From assembly GCA_976551045.1 (NCBI GenBank), contig CDPCPM010000005.1:11098001-11162000 (forward strand): DNA of 64,000 nucleotides, given 5' to 3'. A program made the position numbers and the translations under genes. This document shows positions 12,995-24,560 of this stretch, in pieces. Position 1 is the stretch's first letter. The number at the start of each line of letters is the position of its first letter. The notes below the pieces were generated by a model that did not search any database, was not told where the DNA came from, and saw only the letters and a list, made by a program, of their open reading frames with translations. This DNA is from Glaucostegus cemiculus (Eukaryota).

Positions 12995-15507
12995 TCACAG
13001 CACAACTCGAAGTTGACATGTGGCTCCTGCATCACCAATTATCCAGCAAGCAGTGGATTATCCTTTTAAATAGCACTGCTGGTGTCCCTTCCTGCTGCTG
13101 AATGCGTATTCAGCTGTGTGTGATTAAGAGAGGGCATTAGCTGGAGCACTGAGCTCCAATTTGGCAGCACTAGTGTCAAATTAGCATTGCCCACTGATTG
13201 ATTTTGAAGTGTGCCTACTCTGCATGTTCCTGCTGGGTTTTAACTGTGCATGTGTTGATGCCCTTAACAATATGACTTCTGCCACAAATGAGTTTGCGAG
13301 CTTGGGGACCCTATTGGGACCCATGCATCATCTGTTGTAAATAAACAACAGGCACTGTGCAGTGAATTTAGCAGCCAGGAAAGTTGAGGAGGGGATCAAT
13401 TGTTTCACTAATTCATCCGAGTCACAGTGCTGAACAAGGATTTCTCCTTAATGTTGCCTGTAGTATAGAAGCAAATAATGACCTCAAGAGTGCAAAAGCA
13501 CAGGAGGCATTTCAGCATGTGGAATACACCGGGACCTCCTGAGAAGCAGGGTTAAGGTGGTTGCTTTCACAGTAACTCATATGTCTGAGTTGCTTGTCGT
13601 AGTGAGAATTGGAGACCATCACTGAAGTGTGCTGCACTGCCAGTGCCAGGGAAAGTCACCATGGGGTCTAAACAATTAACCCTCTGGCTTCTCTTTAACA
13701 GCATCAGGTGAGGAGATGAATGAAGTAGCAGTGAGGAGTGTGGCAGAAGCAGATCACTGGGATTGGAAACAGATGGATGTTTTGGGGTTGTCTGTTGAAG
13801 TGATTGTAGTGTGGTGGTGGTGATTATGTAGAGAAAAGAATAACAGATGATGAAGACTATAGAGCAATGACAGAGAAAACCTAGGGGTTTCAACTATCTC
13901 CTAATGTTCTGGAGATGATATTCTTCACCGTAGTGCAGTTTGCAACCTCTATCCACATGACTGGAAATATCCTTATTGCCTCATAGACAAATGTTCCTTT
14001 CCTCTTGTCGCTCTCCTCAGCCAAAACTTCTAAAGCAGTGCAAAAAAGAACCAGGATTCCTGCTGCTGCCTCTGTGAGTGCCTCTTTTCATAAACCTCAG
14101 TGATAGATGCCTGCAGCCAAAGTCTACTGCCATCCCTTAAAGAGTTTAAATCACTTAAGGAATGCAGAACATTTAGATGCATACTATGCCCTCTTTTCCC
14201 CACACACCACCCCAACCCCATAACAATCAGGTGTGCTAACTACTACTTTATATTAATTAGTTAATCAGTTCCACAAATTCCACCTATGAGATAGGGCACA
14301 CTCTATACACAATTTTAAATCCACCCCTGCAAACCAGTCAAAGAATGTTTTACCTCCAAAGTTTTATCGCATTTCATTGTTGATATATTTAATCTTTACT
14401 GTTTTTATTTTCAATTTATCATGTAAATCATAATTAGGTAAATATTGCAAATTAGCTCTGGATCTTAGTTTTGCCCATGTTATTAATACAACAGGATGTT
14501 TTAAAATCATTTGTTCTTTACTTTCTGGAAAAATGCAGTGTAGTTTGCTCAGTAGTTTGATTCCATTGTTTATAAATAAACTTGTATGAACATGTAAGCA
14601 GAAATAGAAGTTCATTTCTTTCATGACAAATTCATAACGTGTGACTGAGCTAATGTAAAATATTTATCACTTTCACCAATATTAACAAAATGAAGGAATC
14701 CATACACAGACTCATGAAAATGGGGCTTCAGACTTTTAAAAATATTCAGTAGCATTTTTTAATATTAGAATGAAAGCAAAGTGGTGTTCATTAGAAACTC
14801 ACTGTTGTGAATGGCAATCTTTGTGATGCATCATAAAGAGACTACATTGGTCCAGGTGCTCAAGGTAGAATTGTGAACAGAGTATACTTCATCAGCAATA
14901 TTAAATAACACAAGCTTAGCTCTCTCATCTGACTCATCCCCTGTGGTGAAATCATTACTTTCATTATTCATTTTACTGTCCATTTTAATTATTATGATCT
15001 TTTATTAGCTTTCTCTTATTTCTCTGTCCAAACAGTTCTGTGATTATTGATTTACATCAATCTTCTTTGCTAAGATTTTATTTTCCCTGTTTTTTTTAAT
15101 TATTTTTTTGAATTTTTAGCTCCATTCCCCTCTGTGATCCCATCTAAGTCAAATAGGTTTGCAGCAGAAACCATGACCAAGTCGTTCAAAGGAAGAGTGG
15201 TAGCTTCTTCCACCTCTTGAGTTCAGTCATATGGTTAGATCAGACCTACTATTTGTTTTTAAGGGGTTCATATGACTCCTTTACCCCTTTTTCCCACCAA
15301 CATAATTGTAAATATGGTTATTGCTGATTTTGGCATCTCTTGGAAGCTTCTTGTTCCTTTATCTTTGTAGCTCCTTCTAATTGCTTTGTATCCTTTTGTT
15401 ATTCTTTACTTCTGACTCAGTCATTGTGTTTGTTTTTTCCATTTTAAGATCTCTGTATCCTTCCTAAAGTGTTGTGTTCAAAACTGCTCACAGTAGTCAT
15501 CAGCTAT

Positions 15508-16055
15508 AGTCATTGAATTCAATATCCAGAAGGCTGCACTGTGCCTAATCAAACAACAAGGTGCTGTTCTTTGAGTTAACGTTGATTTGGGTGGCACCAT
15601 GGCACAGCTAATGGAGCCACTGGCTCTCAGTAGCAGAGACCTGGTTTCACTCCTGACCTATGGTGCTGTCTGTTTAGAGTATGCATATTCTCCACAACTG
15701 CAGGGGGTTTCCTCCGACATCCCAAAGAAATGTACGTTGCTGGGGTAATTGGCTACTCTTAATTGTCCGTAGTTGAATCTGAGTGGGGCAGGGTGGGGGG
15801 TGTGGAAAGAGGATGAGAATAACAGGAGAATAAAAAATGGTATTGATGTAAGATTAGTGTAAAAGGGTGGTTAATTGTTGGTGCAAACTCAGTGGGCCAA
15901 AGGGTCTGTTTTGATGTTGAACGACTCTCTTACTCTGTAACAATGTAGTTGATCAAGGACAGGGAGTGAGGATGGGATGGCAAATTAAAATGACTGATGA
16001 CTAGAAATTTGAGGGTCTCACTGCTGATTGAACACAGTTATTTTGTAAACCCCTT
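15508..16055 (-). mobile_element. Penelope-like element internal fragment, split by a SINE insertion
   Basis: TTGAATTCAATATCCAGAAGGCTGCACTGTGCCTAATC...GGTGCTGTTC before the SINE, and AACAATGTAG...GATGGCAAATTAAAATGACTG...AGGGTCTCACTGCTG after it; both resemble the C-terminal region of elasmobranch Penelope-like elements. Confidence 0.45.
15589..15936 (+). mobile_element. HE1-type V-SINE (tRNA-derived head, V domain, CR1-type tail)
   Basis: Head GGCACCATGGCACAGCTAATGG...CCTGGTTTCACTCCTGACC, V domain GCTGTCTGTTTAGAGTATGCATATTCTCC, and tail TGGGCCAAAGGGTCTGTTT shared with the LINE end at 1461. Confidence 0.85.
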
Positions 16056-16254
16056 GACCCTTGTTTGTCTTTTTCCCATGTAGATTTAACAACATCATAA
16101 GAAGTGAATACATCAATCGTAGAGGGACGAGCAAGTCACAGTATTATCTGGAAATGGTACTGAGGGCCATGAAGAGTGGAAAGTTGTCAAAATGGTGCAT
16201 GTTCCATCTCCTGCTCTTGCACAGAAAGATACCATCTGCCAGTTAAGTGACCAG

Positions 16255-16520
16255 TGATGCCAGAGTGCTATGGGTACACAACCCCCAGCAAGTTTTTAGA
16301 ACATATAACCTGGACAAAGGGAGTACAACATTGTCTTTTAGATGAAACATTAAGCCAAGGATGTCTCTGGCAGTTCATGTCGATAAGAAAGGTCATATCG
16401 AAGAAAGAGCAGGAGTGAACTCCTAGTTCCAACATCACTAACTGTGGGATCATGCTGTATGCAGATTGCATTCACAGACTGGGAGATGGTCTTGTGAAAG
16501 GTGTCTTATAAAAGCAAGAT
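16255..16520 (+). mobile_element. DeuSINE (SacSINE1-like) remnant
   Basis: GTCTTTTAGATGAAACATTAAGCCAAGG...GAAGAAAGAGCAGGAG...TGTGGGATCATGCTGTATGCAGATTG...GTGAAAGGTGTCTTATAAAAGCAAG resembles the Deu domain followed by an L2-like tail. Confidence 0.6.
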
Positions 16521-18582
16521 GCACTTTCAGATTCAACAAATTATGCATGTTATTGAAATGAAATGAATAAAAGGAGTTTTATTCTTTCATAAGGCCACTT
16601 CTCAGTCCGTGAATTCCCTGCAGTGTGGTGATCACTGTTATGGCAAGCAATCTAATCATGTAACCGGCAAATGGTATCTTTCTGTGCAAGGGCAGGAGAT
16701 GGAACATGCAACACTTTGACACATATACACAACATGGCTGGAATTATCTTGAAATAAAACAGTAAGTATTAAAATTGTATTTGATTGGTCAAATTGAAGT
16801 TTTTCAATTACATAAAAGCAATTAATTTCAGTATTATAACTGTATAATAATCTTCATAATACAGCAGGTACCACATTATTTTTGTGTTGCAATCAAGTAT
16901 AAATATCAAATAGAAAATGTTATTACAAATCATATTATATGAATCTAATGAGCAATAACAAGGAACAGTTCTGTCATTATTGAGGCAGTCACTAACTGCT
17001 AATAAACACTCATTTTTGCCATTTGGAGCAATCACCAAACAGAATTCACTTTTCTCAGCCCTAAATGTACCCAAAAGCCCGAGGCGAAATAAACACAGGA
17101 ACTCTGAGCCAAGTATTATTGAGTCAGCTCCATAAATGAGCATCGGCGGGATGCCTGACTCCTACCAAGATAACGAGATGCTGTGAGGAGAACTGAACAC
17201 CCGCATCTAAAACTGCCCACCTCAGGGTACAAATTGCTTCTTCCTTAAGTCATGTTGTGCTGACCACCCAATTAGGTCAACCAATCAACCGGAATAACTC
17301 ACACTCACACACCGGAACACTATAGTCATCCTGTGCCACATAAAGTACAATGAGTGGCATATGAGCCATTTGTAAATAATCTCAGTTTAATTTGAGAGCA
17401 CACAAACTATTATTAGCACTAGGGAGACACAACCTGACTGAGGAAATGTCATTTCTCATTTGTCATGGTCTGTTCTCACCTCTCATTTAGGCTCTGAAAT
17501 AACATAGCTTGATATTAGTGCACATATGTTACTGAACTGTTTGTTTTAAACAAGTCAGCATTTCCATTATGACAGCAGACAAAGACATTAGGCATTCATA
17601 CATTAATAACCCTCAACATGAAATCAAAGCCTTAATTTGTTTTCAATTCCAGATTTCCACTGGAAATTTTATATGGTGGAACTAAAGTTAGTTTAATGGT
17701 AAACAATGTAATGGTACTTTCTTTTATGTGCTCCCTCTGGTTTGACTGCAGGCTTCTCCTCTGTGATAGCTGACTGAAGGTGACTGGACGTATTGTAGGT
17801 TAGTCCAACAGGAGTATAGACTAGTTCTTGTTTTAAATAAAGTAGATCATTAAATGATCTCAAGATTCTATCCTACTGCCTTCATGTTGCCCTAACAGAA
17901 TGATTACAAAAATTACTACATTTGGTTTGCGCTTCCTATGTTGTCGATTCTACTTTATTTGGGGAGCTAACTACAGAGTTCACTATATTCTAATACCAAA
18001 AAAGGCTTTGTTTCTGCAGGCCATGTTATAACGAGAGTGCAGCATATTCTGCTCTACAATGTCAACCTTACTTTTGACATTGGGAGAGAATTTCTTTTTA
18101 ATCCACTACCTATTATGCAGAAAGATGAACATTAAGACAATTGTAACAAAGTCTAATTGCTCACAAGACTCATTCTGGCTGGTAGGGTACAAATAAAAAC
18201 CCCTGGAACATTTGGATTGGCAGGTGACAGCAAATCCAGAGAGTTTCCTGCAACCTTGGTCCAACATTTATACTTTTACAAACAAGAACAAAGCTCCAGT
18301 CAGTGATCTATGAGATATTTAGACTTACAGGAGAATCTGTGTATGCAACCTATCGTTGATGCTCAGTGCAGCATTTAGAGACTGATATTAAATGCCCAAC
18401 AGCTGTTCTGTTCCTGTGCGGAAATGTAAGTCTCGTTTAAGTGCTAGTGACTCTCCTGGCACTGACTTAGCTATATTGGTTAGACTTCATTAGTGTAAGA
18501 TAATAACAGCAGCAAACAAAAACACTTCTTTCCCTAACACAGAAGTCCTTTCCAGAATATTTTCACTATTTTGCTGTTCATT

Positions 18583-19040
18583 GAATCATGGAAATTAATG
18601 GCATGTAACGAGGTCATTCAGCATATGATGAGCAACACAAGAGCTATTTAAGCTATTCCCACGTTCCAACTGACGGTCCATAGCCTTATGGATTACGGCA
18701 TTTTAAGTGCTCATCTAGGTATTTATTAAATGTGTTAAGGATTTCTCACTTCACCACCCTTTCAGGCAATGAGTTTCTGACCACCACCACTTATTGGAGA
18801 AAAACATTTTTCCTCAGCTTCCTTCAATAAACGGCCTTAAACTTTTGACCTTGTTATGAGAATTAGACCTATCCTCTGTACTCTAGCAGGGCCTCTCCCA
18901 TCAATTTCCACCACACCAAAGAAAACCACCCAACTCAATCTTTGCTCATAACTAAATTTCTCCAACCCTGGCAATTTCCTTGTGAATCCCCTCTGAACTT
19001 GTCAAGTTCTATCATATCCCCTTACTAGTGTGGTCAATAA
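18583..19040 (-). mobile_element. CR1 LINE 3' fragment
   Basis: Antisense CR1 3' region: TTTAAATGTG...CTTCACCACCCTTTCAGGCAATGAGTTTCTGACCACCACCAC...CAACCCTGGCAATTTCCTTGTGAATC. Confidence 0.75.
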
Positions 19041-19139
19041 GTTCTAGATAAAGATGCAATAGCACAATCGGCCTAGTTAGCCTAAAGTTTGCTAGAGACA
19101 TTATAGGTGGCACAGTAAACTAGAGGCTTGCTAACGCTT

Positions 19140-19865
19140 AAGTGACATAAACTACAATCTCACCCCCAAGGCAGATGGGTAATTTCAATTCAGTTTTTAA
19201 GTCGTAATTGTCGTGGCTATCCCTCGAGGTCAAGGATGATGGTCTTCATTCCGTTGATCAGAAGTAGCCCACAGAACGAAGACACCTGTGTGTGTATTTG
19301 TTTAACGTGTACTTGATGTTGCACTGCAAAAAGCACACGATACTTCACAAATCAACCAAATGATTCCAACGGCGTAGAAACCACGACTATTGGAGCTGAT
19401 GGATTTGTTGCAGCCTTTCATCCACCTTCACAGCCGTTGAGTTTGAAATAACTTCATCCGCCTGTTCCACCACTGAGGTCTTGGTTGGATTGTTCTTAGT
19501 CAGGGACCTCACCATCAACCTTACTACCATGGGTGACCCTACCAGGAGCCTAGCTCCAGACGGCATCGCTCTCGGAACCTCAGGACCACACAAGTTTTTA
19601 AGTAGAACTTGAATAAACAGCTAGCATCAGTAATGGTAACTGAAACAACTGGATTATTGTACAAACCTGTCTGATTTATGAATGTCTTACAAGATCTATC
19701 TAGCCTGCCCAAGAGTGACTCCAGGTGTACAGCGATATAGTTAACCCTAACTTCAAAGTGGCTCAGCAAGACACATATCAAGAAGGCAATTCATTACCAC
19801 CTTCTCAAGGGCGCTTAGAGAGGAGTGATAAGTATAGATCTGTCTGACAACTACGACACCCTCTG
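19140..19865 (+). mobile_element. Old elasmobranch SINE-like repeat with a CR1-type tail, interrupted by an RTE-derived insertion
   Basis: CACCCCCAAGGCAGATGGGTAATTTCAATTC, then the insert, then GCTAGCATCAGTAATGGTAAC...TCAAGAAGGCAATTCATTACCACCTTCTCAAGGGC. An antisense relative lies at 29065-29260. Confidence 0.55.
19203..19592 (-). mobile_element. Non-autonomous RTE-derived short retroposon with an 11-bp target-site duplication
   Basis: TSD AGTTTTTAAGT at 19192-19202 and 19593-19603. RTE-type 3' end GGCTATCCCTCGAGGTCAAGGATGA (compare 60190 GGCAGTCCCTTGGGATCGAGGATGA) and RTE 5'UTR-like GGGTGACCCTACCAGGAGC; no ORF between them. Confidence 0.75.
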
Positions 19866-20024
19866 CAAATAGAATTACAAAGAAAATAATTCACTAATTT
19901 GTACACCTAAAAGGGCTTTTATTTTGTGAAAGAACATTATTTATAGGTTCACATAGAGTGAGCACTTACAGCATTCTCCTGAACTTGCCGTCTTGTTTCC
20001 CCCTAAGGGGGGAAAGAAACTTGC

Positions 20025-20026
<2 letters not shown>

Positions 20027-20096
<70 letters not shown>
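20027..20096. repeat. (TG)35 perfect microsatellite
   Basis: Uninterrupted 70-bp TG dinucleotide run. Confidence 0.98.
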
Positions 20097-20099
<3 letters not shown>

Positions 20100-20627
20100 A
20101 TGTGGGGGGGGAGAGGGTGTGGGAGAGAGAGAAAAAAATCAGAAAGTAAAATCTTAAAAATTACATTTTAAATCTTTGAACTGTGCAACAATGGAAGTGG
20201 AATATTGCAGATACTAAAAACCTAAAATAAAAAAAAGAAAATTTTAAAAAATTTTTCATCAAGTTCTTAATAAAGGTCACTGACTTCAAAAAATTAAAAA
20301 CCAAAGGACTGACATACCATATTTGTTGCAGTAAATTTTCAGAGCCAGATAGCTGCATTGGGAATAATTAACACCATTAATATTGTTAAATAATCTCTGG
20401 CAGCTAATCCAGTCAGAATTAAATGGGCTCTTTGTGGGAATCCCTGTGGTATAACTGATCAAAATGGAGCAAGTGCATCCAGGCAGGCACTGAGAGGCTT
20501 GAGTGTCTTTGGAGCACACTGAAGCCCTGTGAAAATGACAGAAGGAGGGTACCATCACCCAAATGACGAAGCCAGCCAAGTGCATTCCCACTCTGTCAAA
20601 TGTTCCCTTCCCAGTTCTGACAACCAA

Positions 20628-20730
20628 AAAATACTGCAGTTGTTGGAATATGAAATAAAAACAGATAATGTTCAAAATATTCAGCAGGGCAGGCAGCATC
20701 TGTGGAAGAGTTAGCATTTTAAGTCCGAGA
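20628..20730 (-). mobile_element. Penelope-like terminal fragment
   Basis: AAAATACTGCAGTTGTTGGAATATGAAATAAAAACAGATAATG...CAGCAGGGCAGGCAGCATCTGTGGAAGAGTTAGC; same family as 6271 and 60690. Confidence 0.65.
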
Positions 20731-23199
20731 TCCATAAGCAGAGTGTTTGAGACCCACGTTGGCCTCATCAACCCCTCATGATCCATGGACCTTGAGTGGA
20801 AACAAGCTACCCTCGACTCTGAGGGACTAAAGAACAAGACAATCTTTTCATGACATTCAGTACATTTGAATGAAGGAACTGCAAAATAGGATGTCTCTTT
20901 CACAAAGCTTATTGTAGTGTGGTGCATTTCAGACAGCAACTTTTAGACTTTGATGTTAGTTGATGTCTCGCGTTTCTGGAGTATCAGTATCCAAATATTA
21001 ATCTCATTATTTTTTCGGATATTGGCAAACTATTCCTGAAACCAAAAGCACAACTGAGCTACAGAAAAACCATCACAAATTGTTGGTATCCATGGCTTTT
21101 GTTTCATGAAAACATCATTCTGAACCAGCAAACCAACTTATTGAACTTAGATCAAAAATGATGAGAAAATGGTTGAAATGGAATGTATACCTCAAAATGG
21201 AAGGTAACCAGGAAATGTTTTAAAGATGCATCTTCGTTAGGAATGTCCATTCGTTAGAACCAGAATTCAGAATGTTGTGTTAGGGATATGGACAATATTA
21301 GTGGAAAGAGAATCTCTGGTCATTATAACAATTTTAGGGAAACTTTGAAAGATACATTCTAGATAATTTCTTTGAAATTATCCTAAATATTGAAACTATA
21401 ATGAAATATTATCTAAAATCCCTTTTTGATATATATAAAGATACTCTGACTCTAAATCCTGATTCTTACAATTAGAAATTCTTCATGACTAGAGATGTTA
21501 AATGATCTTAATTTACGCTTTGCATTTGGATTTAACGTTTTGAAATTTAAATCTTCCTAAGCCAAGTTATATTTTAACATAATATTCCCTTCAGTCATAG
21601 AAGCATTTATCCATATTCCTTATCATAAATAAAAGTGCTTTCACTTTGCAAAAGAAAGGTAACGGCTATTAACAGTTTGACTCAGATATGAGAATCAAAC
21701 AGATTAATCAACTTTAAGACCCCCTCCCTATTAAACTGCCAGAAATGTTGATGGATAAATTGCTTCTACAAAGCTATGGGCCAACTCCCTATCTTTCAGG
21801 AGATGAGAGAAAATTACACAAGTGTTATTAATCTGACAGTTTTGCTGCAATTGACTGAATGCACCACAATGAGACTGCCAGCTTTCAGTCAAGTTTATTT
21901 TAAACTAGAGTTACTTTTCTTAAAACAACACTGATGCTATTACTTCAAGCAGAGGCCACTTTATCTCCAACTACCAGGGTAAAGAAAAAGACTAAGATAG
22001 GTGGCCAACTAACAGCGTGCTTGTTTCTCTTGGTAAAGTAATATGGAAAGTCAAATGTAGAAGTTGAAGATTCTTAACTGGATTGTGTTGATATTTTTGT
22101 GAATTTTGAGAATTAGTTTGAAAAATCCAACTAGGGCGGTATTTGTTTAAGAAAGCAGAATGTTCATTGTTATAAAAGTCTACTTTTAAAGATAGTATGT
22201 TATATAACTTCAAGAGATTTCAAAGTGGTTGGCAGCCAGTGAAGCACTGTTGGTGTTGTAATGTAGGACCCTAATACTGTAATGTTGAAAGGCATGTTAT
22301 CACTTGGTGGAGAGTGAAATAAATATTATTGCAACAGCAACATCTTAGAAGAGGAAAACATGTTAGAAATAACAATGGTATTTCCATTGTGGTTGCAAGC
22401 TCTTCAATATTTTAAAAGGTATACTTCAGCATCATTAGATAAAACCAAAAGCTGCATTATATTTATCCCTTTCCCTTGCAGCCATTGTAATGAAACTAAG
22501 GTGCATTTTCCATGTAAGTGTTAGAATAGCATTTGTGTTCTGCTGCTGGAATCCATGAAATGTCTAACATCAGAGCAGAACTAGAAAATCCCTAGCAATC
22601 AGCTGGACATGCATTTGGTTGACATTTGTGCAGATAGTTCCAAACTTCCACCCACTTTCTTATCAAACAGTGGAAGGTTTGGGCCTTTACTGCTAGTAAT
22701 ATTAGCATGCGCATGCTTAGTGCAATTGCATGACCCCCCTCTGGTGGAGGATTTAACTCATTCAGAAAATTCTGTTTAATGTTTGTGTTAAAATAGCAAA
22801 GAGATGACAATATATCAGTTAATATCACCACCCGCAAATTCATTGGCATTGTAAATGCATATAGGAAAAGATAATTGTTCCTTCTTGTCTGCCCTCCCCA
22901 TTGTCTTTTATCCTATGAAATAGGTATTTGTAAAATATAATAATTATTAATTTTATGTGATTCAGGAATTTGCCTATTTCTTTTTGTAGTACTTTAAATG
23001 TCAGAATGTAAAATCTCCTATAAGTTATGAAACAATGATGGTTGCCTAAAAATTCATCTCTGCTCATTGTGTTCATCTGCTTTTTAATCACATTAGTACA
23101 TTGTACTCTGCTCTCAAAATACACTCCATTGACTTCAATGTGGAGGTGGAGTATAACATGTTAATAGGACAATATACAGCAGTACCATCTGGGGATGAA

Positions 23200-23440
23200 T
23201 TTCTAGGCAGGTGTGCATGGGTTCACCAATTGCTCCATGAACCAGAAGGGTCATATGCCAGAGTTCATGGCACTGACTGTTACTCTGTGACGTCTGGCAG
23301 AAAGAGCGTGTGTATGAACATGAGGCGAGGACAGGATCAAGTTCTGCTGGCATGTACCATCTGGTCAGATATCTTGCTGGCATTTCTACCTAAGTGCACA
23401 CATGAAGTATGGCCTCTTGGGCAAGGTGCTGGGAAGCTGC
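23200..23440 (+). mobile_element. Ancient SINE-like interspersed repeat, family not assigned
   Basis: GTGTGTATGAACATGAGGCGAGGACAGGATC...CACACATGAAGTATGGCCTCTTGGGCAAGG resembles a common elasmobranch repeat. A weak antisense relative lies near 60000-60120. Confidence 0.35.
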
Positions 23441-24061
23441 AGCTATATCCCAGCTTGAACTATTGTCTTCAGGAGAAAACTAGAGAATGAAATATGGGAT
23501 AGATTTCTTGCTATTTGTGGTGAAGTGATAAATTAGTTCATTAATAATAGCACACAAGGAAGATCATGCCCCACAGGGTTGGCAAACTCATTGCTGTGCT
23601 TTGTGTTGCTTGGATGCCTGTTATTCATGATAGCAATGCTTTTTTAAAGGCCAGTGAGTTTACCCTGTGTTCTGGATGCATTAATTTACCACAGTCATTT
23701 AAAGTCAAACTTTCAGACATCTGATGAAGTGTTTATTCTTTGAATTTGTTTAATTCAACAGGTTTGCATCTATTGGTGTTTTGTCAGTCATTACTGATAC
23801 TTGATCTGTTATAAAACCTCAAAGTTATTTCTCAATAAATATGGTCTGCCTCCAACTTCTACTACCCTCATTTTTTTTGTCTGTATATTCCAGTGTTGTG
23901 GTGAGTAAATTGCACGGTTCACCTTCACAACAATGTTATTTATATAACACCTGTAACTGTGTTAAAAAAAATCCCAAGACATTTCATAGAAGCTTGATAA
24001 TAAATGAATACAGAGCAACTTGAAAACAGTTCAGGACACATAACCAAATCCTGTCACCATG

Positions 24062-24560
24062 AATATCATAGAATCATTGGATTATTACAGCACAGAAGGA
24101 GGCCATTCAGCCCATCAAGTCAATGCCAGTTTTCAGTCAGGGTAATACTATTGTTCCATCCACTGGTCCCTTTTCCAAGGCCTTACAAATTGTTCTATGC
24201 CATTTATTTAGTTGATTTGCTCTTGAATACAGCAATGGAACCTGTCTTCATCATATCTGCAGGGGTAGCGTTCCAGAATCTAACCATATGCTGCATCAAA
24301 AAGCTTTTCCTCATATCAATTTTAACTCTCTTCCCCTTTACTTTTTAATGTGACCTCTAATCAACCTTTTCACCAAGGGGAACAACTTTCTACTTTCCAC
24401 CCTGTCCAGACAGCCCATAACTTACTAAAGTTCTGTCAAATCTTTGCTCAGCTCTTCTCCAAAGAAAACATTCCCAGCCTTTCAAGCCTTCCCTTGTAAT
24501 GGTAGCTCCTCATCCCAGGTTCAGGTCTTGTAAATCTTTTTTAGAACATATCTAAAGCTT
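24062..24560 (-). mobile_element. CR1 LINE 3' fragment
   Basis: Antisense tail TCATAGAATCAT...ACAGCACAGAAGGAGGCCATTCAGCCCATC, followed by antisense ORF2-end sequence. Confidence 0.85.

Larger units (their letters stand above)
10040..13400. mobile_element. Highly decayed PIF/Harbinger-type DNA transposon remnant; boundaries uncertain
   Basis: Block richer in GC than its flanks, containing a clear transposase motif at 12904-12994. Weaker minus-strand hints: TLNF..GS.FQA near 10300-10365 and a Myb/SANT-like WAVSEASGTVCR..KRFTD near 10385-10450. Confidence 0.4.

Noticed and set aside
19958-20149. ORF with poly-CV repeat
   Set aside because: Translation of the (TG)35 microsatellite.
20286-20939. 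217-aa minus-strand ORF
   Set aside because: It reads through a Penelope-end repeat (QMLPALLNI...) and AT-rich DNA; spurious.
21030-21500. Possible L1/Tx1 ORF2 3' remnant
   Set aside because: Only vague peptide similarity; too decayed to support a call.
23718-23745. CTGATGA motifs outside Penelope fragments (also at 37222 and 60518)
   Set aside because: No stem II or downstream GAAA box, so not hammerheads.
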